From a bacterium (lineage in GTDB: Bacteria; Hydrothermota; UBA3072; JAPDKE01), in NCBI GenBank assembly GCA_029258725.1, contig JAPDKE010000012.1:17314-81313 (forward strand): a DNA stretch of 64,000 bases, written 5' to 3'. Positions 10,231 to 20,236 of this stretch are shown piece by piece; within the stretch, counting starts at the first letter, position 1, and every line of letters begins with the position of its first letter. A program made the translations under genes and the position numbers. Below the pieces are notes generated by a model. The model saw only the letters and a list, made by a program, of their open reading frames with translations, ran no database searches and had not been told where the DNA came from.

Positions 10231-11200
10231 AATAAAGGTTGCACTGGTCGGGTGTGGCTACTGGGGAAAGAAACTTTTGAGGGTCCTCCATGAGGTTCCA
10301 GAGGTGGATGTAAAAAGGGTGGTGGATGTAAATCCTGAAGCGGTGGAGGAGGTTAAGGAAAGGTATCCCGGGGTTCTTTTTTCTCAAAATCTTGAAGATA
10401 TTCTGAAGGATGATGAAATACATGCGGTTCTGGTTGCAACTCCTGTGAAGGAGCATTATCCCATAGCAAGGGAACTCATTCTTTCAGGAAAGGACGTGTT
10501 TATTGAAAAACCTTTTACATATACCTCTCAAGAGGCAGAAGAACTGGTAAGGCTTGCTGAGGAGAGAGAAAGAATAATAATGGTGGGGCACACATACCAG
10601 TACAGCCCGCGCGTGAGAAAGATAAAGGAACTGCTGAAAGAGGATGAGATGGGGAAACCGGTATATATAACATCCAGAAGAATGAACCTGGGAATACACA
10701 GGTATGATGTGAATGTGATATGGGACCTTGCCCCGCATGACCTTTCAATTCTCTACTTTTTGCTGGAAGAGGAACCTGAAAAGGTAAATCTCATCACCCG
10801 TTCCCTTGCCATAGAGAATCATCCTGATGTCGCATTTATAGGGCTTGAGTTTCCATCCGGAACCATAGCCCATGTTGAGCTCTCGTGGGTTGCTCCACTC
10901 AAGGTAAGGGATATGGTAATTGTGTGCGAAAAGAAGATGATAGTTTACAGGGATACAGAGCCCCAGGAACCTGTGAGGGTTTATGATAAGGGGGTGGAAA
11001 AATCCTTCAGGGAGGAAAACTGGTACCTTACATACCGGATGGGCTCAAGTTATGCCCCTTACATTCCTCCAAGGGAACCTTTACGGGTGGAGATGGAGGA
11101 GTTTGTGGAGTGTGTGAGCAACAGAAAAAAACCGCTGAGTGATGGAAGGATGGGGCTTGCAATTGTGCGGATGATGGAGAAAATAGAAGGGAGATGCTGA
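10223..11200 (+). CDS. Gfo/Idh/MocA family NAD-dependent sugar oxidoreductase (WbpB-like)
   Basis: N-terminal Rossmann VALVGCGYWGKK; family-typical length. Confidence 0.75.
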   Translation: MDRIKVALVGCGYWGKKLLRVLHEVPEVDVKRVVDVNPEAVEEVKERYPGVLFSQNLEDILKDDEIHAVLVATPVKEHYPIARELILSGKDVFIEKPFTYTSQEAEELVRLAEERERIIMVGHTYQYSPRVRKIKELLKEDEMGKPVYITSRRMNLGIHRYDVNVIWDLAPHDLSILYFLLEEEPEKVNLITRSLAIENHPDVAFIGLEFPSGTIAHVELSWVAPLKVRDMVIVCEKKMIVYRDTEPQEPVRVYDKGVEKSFREENWYLTYRMGSSYAPYIPPREPLRVEMEEFVECVSNRKKPLSDGRMGLAIVRMMEKIEGRC

Positions 11201-12093
11201 AAATTTCGGTGGTTATTCCCACCTACAGGAGACCGGAGGATTTGAAGAGGTGCATTGAGGGATTGAAAAAGCAGAGCATACCTCCCTGGGAGATAATAGT
11301 GGCTGTAAGGGAGGATGATAAAGAAACCCTTGAGGTGCTGAAAAAAATAAAAGGCGTTAAAATTGCATTCACCGGTCCAAAACAGACCCGGGCCTGGAGG
11401 GCAGGGACCGAGGCTGCAACAGGGGATATAGTATGTTTTACCGATGATGATGCTGTTCCAAGACCTGAGTGGATTGAAAAAATAAAAAAACATTTTGAAC
11501 ACAAGCCCTCCCTTGGAGGGGCTGGAGGAAAGGATGCAATATGGAGTGGAAATAAACCCCGTGAATTTCCTCCAGTGAAGAAGGTGGGAAGGATAACCTG
11601 GTATGGTAAATTCATTGGAAATCACCACAGAGGAAATGAGATACAGTATGTGGACCATCTTAAGGGGGTAAACATGTGCTTCAGGAGAGAATTGCTCACG
11701 GATTTTGACCATAACCTCCTGGGTCTTGCAGAGCCTTTTAATGACATGTGGGTTTCTCTCTCAGTGAAATCAAAGGGGTACAAACTCCTTTATGACCCTG
11801 AAATTATCGTTGACCATTATCCTGGTGTAACATTTGATGGAAGAAGGGAGGATACAAAGGGACAGGATGCATACATGAGGGGACATAATGAAATATACAT
11901 TCTCCTCACCTTCACCTCCTCACTGAGGAAAATAGTTGCCTTCCTCTACAGCTTTCTTGTTGGAAATTACGCATCTCCCTCCATCATAAGGGCTCTCTTC
12001 AATCCCTCACTCTTCCCCTATGTAAGGCATGCATGGAGGGGAAGGGTTAAGGGATTGAGAACCTACAGGCTCAATCGAACTGCCTTCTCATGA
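11194..12093 (+). CDS. family 2 glycosyltransferase
   Basis: ISVVIPTYRRPEDLKRC N-terminus, DDD motif (FTDDDAV). Confidence 0.75.
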   Translation: MLKISVVIPTYRRPEDLKRCIEGLKKQSIPPWEIIVAVREDDKETLEVLKKIKGVKIAFTGPKQTRAWRAGTEAATGDIVCFTDDDAVPRPEWIEKIKKHFEHKPSLGGAGGKDAIWSGNKPREFPPVKKVGRITWYGKFIGNHHRGNEIQYVDHLKGVNMCFRRELLTDFDHNLLGLAEPFNDMWVSLSVKSKGYKLLYDPEIIVDHYPGVTFDGRREDTKGQDAYMRGHNEIYILLTFTSSLRKIVAFLYSFLVGNYASPSIIRALFNPSLFPYVRHAWRGRVKGLRTYRLNRTAFS

Positions 12094-13132
12094 AGGCAGG
12101 GGTCTCCAGGTCAACCCGAAATCTTGTCTCCTTCCTGAATACGGGTTCCTCCTCAAGTTCAAAATCCTTTATCCCGCCATATTCATCCGGAATTCCCGTT
12201 GCTATGAGGGTTATCCTCACCTCATCTATGGGTTCAAAAACAACCCCCATGAATATCTCGGTATTCTCACTCACATGCTCCTGAATGAGGTTCATTGCCT
12301 CGTGGAAGTCCTCAATGTAAAAGTTCTCAGGATTTACTGTGATGTTAACCAGGACACTCTGAGCATCACCAATGGAGACATCCTCAAGGAATGGAGAATT
12401 TATTGCCGCCTGTGCTGCCTCTATTGCCGCATTCTCTCCTTTGCCTGTCCCTATCCCCATTATTGCCTTGCCCTTCTTTGCCATAACCGCCCTCAGGTCT
12501 GCAAAGTCCCTGTTCACAAATCCGGGTTTTATAACCAGGTCTGAAATTCCCTTGACAGCCTTCACAAGAACATCGTTTGAGGTCTTCGCAAGGGCCTGGA
12601 AAAGGAGGATGTTTTTCTGGGTGAGGAGCTTGTCATTCGGGATAACAAGCAGGGTGTCAACATACTTCTTCAATTCCCTTATTCCCAGGTCTGCATTTCT
12701 CATCCTTCTCTTTCCCTCAAATGTGAACGGTTTTGTGACAACACCAACCGTGAGAACCCCCTTCTCCTTTGCAAGTTTTGCAATAACAGGAGATGCTCCT
12801 GTTCCGGTTCCTCCTCCCATTCCTGCTGTTATGAATATCATCTCAACTCCCTCAACTGCCCTTCTCAGTTTTTCAACATCCTCCTCTGCTGCCCTTCTCC
12901 CTATCTCCGGGTCTCCTCCTGCACCAAGTCCCTTGGTTATTGTTTCTCCAATCCTTACCTTCTCCTGTGCCTTTGAAAGGTCCAGTGCCTGCTGGTCTGT
13001 GTTGACAACCCAGAATTCAACTCCCTCAAGCCCTTCCTCAATCATGGTATTTACTGCATTTCCGCCACATCCCCCAACCCCTACAACCCTTATCCCCGCC
13101 CTGAAGTTTGTCGTTTGTTCCATCTGAAACAT
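12071..13132 (-). CDS. ftsZ: cell division GTPase FtsZ
   Basis: GGGTGTG tubulin signature; start set at MFQME (13132) 5 nt after AAGGAGGG SD, 13 nt after ftsA stop. Confidence 0.95.
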   Translation of the reverse strand: MFQMEQTTNFRAGIRVVGVGGCGGNAVNTMIEEGLEGVEFWVVNTDQQALDLSKAQEKVRIGETITKGLGAGGDPEIGRRAAEEDVEKLRRAVEGVEMIFITAGMGGGTGTGASPVIAKLAKEKGVLTVGVVTKPFTFEGKRRMRNADLGIRELKKYVDTLLVIPNDKLLTQKNILLFQALAKTSNDVLVKAVKGISDLVIKPGFVNRDFADLRAVMAKKGKAIMGIGTGKGENAAIEAAQAAINSPFLEDVSIGDAQSVLVNITVNPENFYIEDFHEAMNLIQEHVSENTEIFMGVVFEPIDEVRITLIATGIPDEYGGIKDFELEEEPVFRKETRFRVDLETPAFMRRQFD

Positions 13133-13145
13133 CTTCCCTCCTTTT

Positions 13146-14375
13146 TTAAAAGATTTCCTCAAACCATTTCTTTATCTTTTCCAGGATGGACGTACCCCTT
13201 ATTTCCCTTTTTACCTCTCTTCCCTCCATTGCATGCAGAACAAGCCCAACTGCTGTTGCAAGGGCAGGGTTATCAACGGCATCCTTGAGACCAGCAACCT
13301 CCCTTGGAACCCCGACCTTTGTATGGAGGTCAAGCCTTGCCTCCGCAAGGTCGGCAATACCAGGGAGATTTGCAGTTCCACCGGTTATAACCGCCCCTGC
13401 ACCTATGAAGTCTCTTAATCCTGACTTCTCTATCTTTTCATTGACAAAACCAAGTATTTCATCCACTCTTGCCTCTATTATCATTATGAGTGTCTCTATC
13501 GGGATTTCCTTATCCTTCCTTCCTCCTATTCCTGGAACCCTGATTTTTACCGAATCATCCTTTATGAAGTTTCTTGCAGCAACACCGTACTCTATTTTCA
13601 GTTTCTCCGCATCCCTTCTTGAGGTCTTCAGCCCAAGGGCAATATCGTTTGTTATGGAATCACCTCCCCAGGGGATTATGGATGCATAGGCTATGCTCCC
13701 TTCTGTGAATATTGCAACATCAGTCGTTCCCCCTCCTATATCCACAAGAACAACCCCATGGATGAGTTCATCCTCCTGAAGAACAGATGCAGCGGATGCA
13801 AGTGGCTGGAGGACTATGTCATAAAGTTTGTATCCCGCACGCTCAACAACTTTTCTCACATTCTGAATTGCGGCGGTTGCACCGGTTATTATATTTGCCT
13901 TAACCTCAAGTTTTGTCCCTATCATTCCAACCGGGTCCTCAACCTCAACCTTTCCATCCACGATGAATTTTCTCGGTATAACATGGAGTATCTCCTCATC
14001 GGCCGGGAGTCTCATGGTCTCTGCCTGCTTCATAACCCTCTCCACATCCTCCCGGGTTATATCCCTGTTGGCCTTTGGAAGGGCAACCATTCCCGCAGAG
14101 GGAACGATATTTATGTGTTCCCCTGATATCCCTGCAAAAACCCCCTCAACCTTAACTCCCGCCATCTTTTCTGCACGCTCTATTGCCTCCTGGACACAGA
14201 GGGTTGCCTTTTCTATGTTCTGTATCACCCCACGGTTTATACCATCGGATGGAACAACACCAACCCCGATTACGTTGGGTTTTCCCTCTTCTGTCCGATT
14301 CGCTATCACGCACGCAACCTTGGTTGTCCCTATGTCAAGACCGGTGAAATATCTATCTTTTGGCAATTTTATCAC
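13146..14375 (-). CDS. ftsA: cell division protein FtsA
   Basis: Actin-like ATPase motifs (LDIGTTKVACVIA, DIGGGTTDVAIF); gene order. Confidence 0.95.
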   Translation of the reverse strand: MIKLPKDRYFTGLDIGTTKVACVIANRTEEGKPNVIGVGVVPSDGINRGVIQNIEKATLCVQEAIERAEKMAGVKVEGVFAGISGEHINIVPSAGMVALPKANRDITREDVERVMKQAETMRLPADEEILHVIPRKFIVDGKVEVEDPVGMIGTKLEVKANIITGATAAIQNVRKVVERAGYKLYDIVLQPLASAASVLQEDELIHGVVLVDIGGGTTDVAIFTEGSIAYASIIPWGGDSITNDIALGLKTSRRDAEKLKIEYGVAARNFIKDDSVKIRVPGIGGRKDKEIPIETLIMIIEARVDEILGFVNEKIEKSGLRDFIGAGAVITGGTANLPGIADLAEARLDLHTKVGVPREVAGLKDAVDNPALATAVGLVLHAMEGREVKREIRGTSILEKIKKWFEEIF

Positions 14376-14811
14376 CTCCTTTCCTGAGAATTATGTAGTT
14401 TGGATACCTCATATCTATTACACCTTCAATCTCCTTCTTCTTCAATTTTTCGTACACCCTTCTCTTTTCTCTGAAGTTTCTCTTTCCCCATAAAAAGACC
14501 TTATTTCCGTACCGGGTGACTATCCCATCCTCCCTCACCCATATTCTCTCAACATCCCTCACCTCAAAAAGGAAAGAAAGGAGTATCTCAAGATTTTCTA
14601 TCTCACCCTCAACCACGGGAAGTTTCTCCTCAACCCTCGCAGGGATTATCCTTCCACGGGATGTGAGAACCCCTCCCTCAACCACAGCAAGGGGTCTTTC
14701 CCCGACCTTTGAAAGGTAGAAAAGGAAAAGGAAAGGCAAAAGATATCTAAGCCTGAACCTTCTCCGGGATGACCCTGATTTCCTCTTCAAGTAAAATCCC
14801 CTTTTTTTCAT
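14353..14811 (-). CDS. ftsQ: short FtsQ/DivIB-like protein (TM helix + POTRA-like region only)
   Basis: Position between murB and ftsA, basic N-tail + TM (YLLPFLFLFYL), 152 aa; overlaps murB by 65 nt so true start uncertain. Confidence 0.5.
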   Translation of the reverse strand: MKKRGFYLKRKSGSSRRRFRLRYLLPFLFLFYLSKVGERPLAVVEGGVLTSRGRIIPARVEEKLPVVEGEIENLEILLSFLFEVRDVERIWVREDGIVTRYGNKVFLWGKRNFREKRRVYEKLKKKEIEGVIDMRYPNYIILRKGGDKIAKR

Positions 14812-15604
14812 AAACCCTCTCCTTTATTAACTTCACAAGTTCAAGAACGTCCTTTGCACGTGCATTTCCCCTATTCACTATAAAGTTTGCATGAACAGCT
14901 GAGACACATGCATCCCCCATGCAAAAGCCCTTCAATCCAACATCCTCAATAAGTTTTCCTGCACTCTCACCCGGTGGATTCCTGAAAACGCATCCTGCAC
15001 TCTTTTCACCAAGGGGCTGGGTCCTTTTCCTTCTTTTCACACACTCCCTCAAAACCTCCTCCATCTCCTTCCTCTCCCTTGGATGGAACTCAAACTCAAC
15101 CTCAACAATGAGGAATCCAGAAGGAAGCAGTGCTTTACGGTATTCAAACTCTGGTCTCTCCTCCCTCCATTCACCATCTAAAATTCCTCTAACCCTTTTA
15201 ACAAATCTTCCGGTCTCAACCCCGAAGGACCCGGCATTCATCCATACCGCCCCTCCCACAGTTCCCGGGATACCCACAAGCTCCTCTATCCCACCGAACC
15301 CGGTTCTGAGGTTTTCAGAAATAAGGGAGGAAAGAGAGGTACCGGAAAGGGCTTTAACCCTTCCATCCTCCCTTCTTGTTCCTCTCATACGTATGGTTGA
15401 TATAACCATCCCCCTGAATCCTTCATCGGAAAAGAGAACATTTGTTCCTCTCCCAACCACAACCCATGGTATCCTTTCCCTGCTTATTTTTTCCATCACA
15501 TCCTGAACCTCCTCCGGGGTTTCGGGCAATGCCAGGATATCCGCATTACCTCCTATCCTGAAGGAAGAGAGTAACCTCAGTGGAAAGTTTTTATAATACT
15601 TCAT
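14747..15604 (-). CDS. murB: UDP-N-acetylenolpyruvoylglucosamine reductase
   Basis: FAD-binding domain and conserved MurB C-terminal segments; dcw context. Confidence 0.9.
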   Translation of the reverse strand: MKYYKNFPLRLLSSFRIGGNADILALPETPEEVQDVMEKISRERIPWVVVGRGTNVLFSDEGFRGMVISTIRMRGTRREDGRVKALSGTSLSSLISENLRTGFGGIEELVGIPGTVGGAVWMNAGSFGVETGRFVKRVRGILDGEWREERPEFEYRKALLPSGFLIVEVEFEFHPRERKEMEEVLRECVKRRKRTQPLGEKSAGCVFRNPPGESAGKLIEDVGLKGFCMGDACVSAVHANFIVNRGNARAKDVLELVKLIKERVYEKKGILLEEEIRVIPEKVQA

Positions 15605-16964
15605 CTATCCTCCTCAGGATTTCCTCATGCAGTTTCCATATATCCCCTGCCCCCATCAGTATTACCATATCTCCCTCCCTGAGTTCAGGAACGAGTTTTT
15701 CCGGTATCTCCTCCTTTTTTTCAATCCATTCAACATTCTTGTGCCCGTATTCCCTGCATTTTTCATATATGAGCCTTCCCGAAACCCCTGGAATTGGTTC
15801 CTCCCTTGCCGGATATATCTCCGTTATTATCACCTTGTCTGCAAGAAAGAACGACTTCCCAAACTCATCTGCAAGATGAAGTGTTCGGGAGTAAAGATGG
15901 GGCTGAAAAACCACAATAATCCTTCCTTTCCATCCAGTCCTTGCAGCCTCAAGGGTTGCCTCTATCTCCCTTGGATGGTGGGCATAGTCATCGTAAACCC
16001 TTATTCCCTTTTTCTCTCCCCTGAGTTCAAACCTTCTTGAAACTCCCCTGAAGGAGGAAAGCGCACGCTGGATGCACTCAAAGGGAATTCCGAGTTCAAG
16101 ACCAACACCAACCGCAGCAAGGGCATTTTTTACATTGTGGATTCCGGGAATTGAAAGTTCTATTCTTCCGAGTTCCTCTCCATTTATCTTCACCGTGAAG
16201 GAAGAGGAGAATCCTCTGAGTTCAACCTCCACTCCCTTTACATCTGCCTGGGGGGAGAGTCCAAAGGTTATAACCCTTCTCTCTATCCTGTTTCTTATAT
16301 CAAGTGAGTTCGGGTCATCGGTTGAAAGAAATACAGAACCATAGAAGGGAACCTTCCCTGCAAATTCAACAAAGGTATTCTTTATTTCGTCCAGGTCTTT
16401 ATAGTGGTCAAGGTGTTCCCTGTCTATGTTGGTTATAACAACTATGGTTGGAAGCAACTTCAGGAAGGAACGGTCGCTCTCATCAGCCTCTGCAACAAAG
16501 TATTCTCCCTTTCCAAGTATTGCACCTGTTCCAATGGTCTTCAATATTCCCCCAACCACCATCGTTGGGTCAAGACCTCCTTCCTTCAGAATGCTCGCAA
16601 TCATGGATGTTGTTGTGGTTTTCCCGTGGGTTCCTGCAACTGCTATTGAGTATTTCATGCGCATGAGTTCTGCAAGCATCTCTGCTCTGGGAATAACCGG
16701 TATCTTTCTTTTCCTTGCCTCAACAATTTCAGGATTATCCTCCTTCACTGCAGAAGAATAAACAACCACATCCGCATCCTTCACATTCTCAGGGGAATGC
16801 CCTGTTTTCACCTCCGCTCCAAGGGAAATGAGCCTCTCTATTACAGGCGTTTTCCTTATATCCGAGCCTGTCACCTTATACCCCATGTTTATCAGGACCT
16901 CTGCAATTCCGCTCATCCCTGAACCACCTATTCCCACAAAGTGAATGCGCTCTATCCCGAACAT
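15591..16964 (-). CDS. murC: UDP-N-acetylmuramate--L-alanine ligase
   Basis: HFVGIGGSGMSGIA and GTHGKTTTTSM motifs. Confidence 0.95.
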   Translation of the reverse strand: MFGIERIHFVGIGGSGMSGIAEVLINMGYKVTGSDIRKTPVIERLISLGAEVKTGHSPENVKDADVVVYSSAVKEDNPEIVEARKRKIPVIPRAEMLAELMRMKYSIAVAGTHGKTTTTSMIASILKEGGLDPTMVVGGILKTIGTGAILGKGEYFVAEADESDRSFLKLLPTIVVITNIDREHLDHYKDLDEIKNTFVEFAGKVPFYGSVFLSTDDPNSLDIRNRIERRVITFGLSPQADVKGVEVELRGFSSSFTVKINGEELGRIELSIPGIHNVKNALAAVGVGLELGIPFECIQRALSSFRGVSRRFELRGEKKGIRVYDDYAHHPREIEATLEAARTGWKGRIIVVFQPHLYSRTLHLADEFGKSFFLADKVIITEIYPAREEPIPGVSGRLIYEKCREYGHKNVEWIEKKEEIPEKLVPELREGDMVILMGAGDIWKLHEEILRRIDEVL

Positions 16965-17947
16965 ATCTCCTCCACCACCCTTAAAACAGGATTTTCTCTT
17001 ACCCTTCTTTTCCCAAATCTCCCATTCAGTCCTTCTCTGATGAGGTCTGCGAGTTTTTCAGGGGTGAGTTCCTCTTCCCTTACAACCCTTATCCCCCCAT
17101 ACCTCTCCGCCTCTTTTGCGTTTAAATACTGATGGTCCAGGTAGGCATAGGGATATGGAACAAGGATTGCAGGAACATCAAAAAGCATGAGTTCTCCAAC
17201 AGTCCCTGCACCTGCTCTTGAAATGATAAGGTCTGCTGCTGAATAAACAGCATCCATCCGTTCAAAGAACCTGTAAGCCTTTATCCCTTCTGGAAGAGGC
17301 ATACTCTTATCCCCAACCTGGGCTAAGAATTCGCACTCAGAAACCTTTTTACAGGTATCCCTCACAAGTTCCAGGAGCCTTTTTGCACCCCTGCTTCCTC
17401 CAAGGACAAAGACTGCATATCTCTTTCTTATCCCGAAAAACTCCCTTGCCCTTTTTCTGTCCATCTTTTCCATCCTTCTTACCGGAATACCACTGCACAC
17501 CACCTTTCCTCTCAGGAACCTTCCTGCTGTCTCAAATCCTGTAAATACCTTTCTTGCAAAGGGAGAAAAAAACCTCACTGCAAGCCCTGGAACAGAATTT
17601 GGTTCCAGAAGGTAGAGAGGGATTCCGAGAATAAGAGAAGCAAGAGAGAAGGGAACAGAGGCAAATCCACCGGAAGAAACAATCGCTTCTGGTCTTGTAT
17701 CAAACGCAGTAAGCACTGCATGGAAAAGGGATACAAGAAATCCTGGAAGGAATAATAGCCTCTCATGGATGCTTTTCCTCACCCATCCTCTCACCGGAAG
17801 GAATATTCCTTCTTTCACAATCTCTTTTTCCAGTCCAAAGATTGAACCTGCATACACGGTTCTTATTCCTCTTTTTTCAAACTCCTCTCTAAGAGCAAGC
17901 AAAGGGAATATATGACCTCCCGTTCCCCCACCTGTGAGAACCATCAT
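16952..17947 (-). CDS. murG: UDP-GlcNAc:undecaprenyl-PP-MurNAc-pentapeptide GlcNAc transferase
   Basis: GGGTGGHIFP motif right after start chosen at MMVLTGGG (ATGA overlap with ftsW stop); supplied ORF extends further upstream. Confidence 0.9.
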   Translation of the reverse strand: MMVLTGGGTGGHIFPLLALREEFEKRGIRTVYAGSIFGLEKEIVKEGIFLPVRGWVRKSIHERLLFLPGFLVSLFHAVLTAFDTRPEAIVSSGGFASVPFSLASLILGIPLYLLEPNSVPGLAVRFFSPFARKVFTGFETAGRFLRGKVVCSGIPVRRMEKMDRKRAREFFGIRKRYAVFVLGGSRGAKRLLELVRDTCKKVSECEFLAQVGDKSMPLPEGIKAYRFFERMDAVYSAADLIISRAGAGTVGELMLFDVPAILVPYPYAYLDHQYLNAKEAERYGGIRVVREEELTPEKLADLIREGLNGRFGKRRVRENPVLRVVEEICSG

Positions 17948-18990
17948 CCCTTCCCCCTTGCTATGGATAGGATTATTCCAGCCCCTGCAAGATTCACCAT
18001 GAGTGCAGAACCACCGTAACTTATAAATGGAAGCGGGATACCGGTTGGAGGAAGTATTCCGGTAACAACCCCGGCATGGAAAAGGAAGTGAAGGAATATC
18101 ATGAGAGAGAGACCACATCCTGCATACTTTGAGAAAAGAAGTGAGGCATCCATGGATGCCCTCATTGAGTTGATGAAGTAGAGAAGAAATACAACCATAA
18201 GACCGAAGGTCCCTATAAATCCAAGTTCCTCCCCAACCACGGAAAATATGAAGTCGGTATGTGGACAGGGAATGAAAAGGAGTTTCTCTTTTCCTCTTCC
18301 CAGACCAACCCCGAAAATCCCCCCTGACCCCAGAGCCACCATTGAGTTCCTCACCTGAGGAACATTTCCATTGATGAAGACCTGTATCCTCTCCCTCACA
18401 TGCTCATGGACGAGTCCCAGGGGGACAAAAAGAACCACAACCATGAGTATGTGAAGGGGATTTGCCCCTCCGAGGTAAAGCATGAGCAATCCCAGGCAAA
18501 GGGTGAGGACAGAGACGGAGTAGTTTGGCTCAAGCAAAATGAGTCCTGAAACAAGAAAGATTATTCCAAGGGGAAAAAGAAGGTTCCTGGGTTCCCTCAT
18601 TTCACCGGATTTCCTTGAAAGGTATCTGGCAAGATAAAGAATTAAGGAAAGTTTGGCAAACTCCGACGGCTGGAATGTAAACCCGGAACCCGGGACTGCA
18701 AGCCATCTCTTTGCCGCATTCACCTCCTTTCCTGCAACCACAACAAGCACAAGAAGGAGGATGGAAAATCCAAGCACCAGAGGAGAAATCCTTTCTATAA
18801 AGGAGAGTTTCATCCTGGATACCAGATAAAAGACCGAAACCCCCAGGAAAACGTGGATGAAAACCTTAAAGAGATACGGAGTGAAAGACCTCCCCTTCAC
18901 CACGAAGAAGAGAGTTGATGAGCATATCATCACCATTCCGAAACCAACAAGAGCAAGAGGTATAACCTCAAGTATCCTTTTCCTCTCCAA
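17944..18990 (-). CDS. ftsW: SEDS family lipid II flippase/peptidoglycan polymerase FtsW
   Basis: 10 TM helices, SEDS conserved segments; start proposed at TTG 18990 (AAAAGGAGG SD 9 nt upstream), alternative ATG 19092. Confidence 0.85.
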   Translation of the reverse strand: MERKRILEVIPLALVGFGMVMICSSTLFFVVKGRSFTPYLFKVFIHVFLGVSVFYLVSRMKLSFIERISPLVLGFSILLLVLVVVAGKEVNAAKRWLAVPGSGFTFQPSEFAKLSLILYLARYLSRKSGEMREPRNLLFPLGIIFLVSGLILLEPNYSVSVLTLCLGLLMLYLGGANPLHILMVVVLFVPLGLVHEHVRERIQVFINGNVPQVRNSMVALGSGGIFGVGLGRGKEKLLFIPCPHTDFIFSVVGEELGFIGTFGLMVVFLLYFINSMRASMDASLLFSKYAGCGLSLMIFLHFLFHAGVVTGILPPTGIPLPFISYGGSALMVNLAGAGIILSIARGKG

Positions 18991-20236
18991 GTGAGAGAAC
19001 CTCCTTTTTGAAGACCTCTCCCCTTTCCACAAAGTCCCTGAACATGTCAAAACTTGAGCCTCCAGGGGAGAGGATAACAAGTTCGGGATCAAACCCGAGT
19101 GCCTTCCTTACCGCATCTCTCATGGAAGAGGCAAGTTCAATCTGATTGTATCCCGTTTCTTTCAGTTTTCTTTCCAGTTCTTCTTTTGACTCCCCTATGA
19201 GAACGCATCCCTTTGCATATTCACGGATTCCCTTCACAATAAGTTCTGGGTTCATTCCCTTGAGTTTTCCTCCTGCAATGACAACGCATCCAGGAAAACT
19301 TTTTATCGTTTTATAAAATGCAACAGGATTTGTGCACATGGAGTTGTTTATGAATTTTACTCCGTTTATCTCCCTCACAAACTCAAGCCTGTGGGGAACC
19401 CCTCTGAATTTCCTTATTCCTTTTTTTATGTATTCATCAGAAACCCCGTAAAGGAGGCATGCAAGGGATGCAGCAAGGGCATTCTCAACAAAGAATTCTG
19501 CAGGATAAAGAACGTCCTCTTTTGCAAAAATTCCCCTTCCATGATAAACTGCGTTTGCCCCGTTCCATTCGATATCCTTCCAGAAGTAATGAACATTTGT
19601 AAGCTTTTTACCAATTCTCAGACACTCTCCATCCCTTCCGTTCAGAACCGCAATGTCCTCATCCCTCTTATTCATGAATATCCTCTCCTTCGCCCTCACA
19701 TAGTCTTCCCTTTTTTCATACCTATCCATGTGGTCAAGGGTTATGTTGGTTATGATACCTATTTTTGGTCTGAATTCCCTTATCCCTTCAAGCTGGAATG
19801 AACTGAGTTCCACCACGAATATTCCCTCCCCCTTTCTCTCAAGCACTGCCTGGCTCATGGGGATTCCGGGATATATGTTTCCGCATAGGGAGACAGGATA
19901 CCCGGCCTCCTGCAGGATTGAGTGAATCAGAGAAGCTGTGGTTGTCTTTCCATTGGTTCCGGTTACTCCGATTATATCCCCCTTCACGAACCGGTATGCA
20001 AACTCAATTTCACCGATGACCTTATCCCGGGCTTTTTCGAGAATTTCAAGTTCTCTTATTCCAGGGCTCACCACTATGAGGTCCGCATCCAGGATTTTCT
20101 CACTGTGTCCTGTCTCCTTCTCTCCCTCAAAATCAATGGGTTTTATGTCGGACACAAAGACCTCGTATCCGGCACTCTTTGCAAGTGCCGCTGCTGCCTT
20201 CCCGCTTCTTCCATATCCAACAATAGAAACCCTCAT
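18968..20236 (-). CDS. murD: UDP-N-acetylmuramoylalanine--D-glutamate ligase
   Basis: GVTGTNGKTTT motif, Mur ligase architecture. Confidence 0.95.
   Translation of the reverse strand: MRVSIVGYGRSGKAAAALAKSAGYEVFVSDIKPIDFEGEKETGHSEKILDADLIVVSPGIRELEILEKARDKVIGEIEFAYRFVKGDIIGVTGTNGKTTTASLIHSILQEAGYPVSLCGNIYPGIPMSQAVLERKGEGIFVVELSSFQLEGIREFRPKIGIITNITLDHMDRYEKREDYVRAKERIFMNKRDEDIAVLNGRDGECLRIGKKLTNVHYFWKDIEWNGANAVYHGRGIFAKEDVLYPAEFFVENALAASLACLLYGVSDEYIKKGIRKFRGVPHRLEFVREINGVKFINNSMCTNPVAFYKTIKSFPGCVVIAGGKLKGMNPELIVKGIREYAKGCVLIGESKEELERKLKETGYNQIELASSMRDAVRKALGFDPELVILSPGGSSFDMFRDFVERGEVFKKEVLSLGEEKDT

Noticed and set aside
12372-13127. 251-aa + strand ORF
   Set aside because: Fully antisense to ftsZ, low-complexity Ser/Pro/Ala-rich translation; shadow ORF of a highly conserved gene.
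13186-13689. 167-aa + strand ORF
   Set aside because: Antisense to ftsA; shadow ORF.
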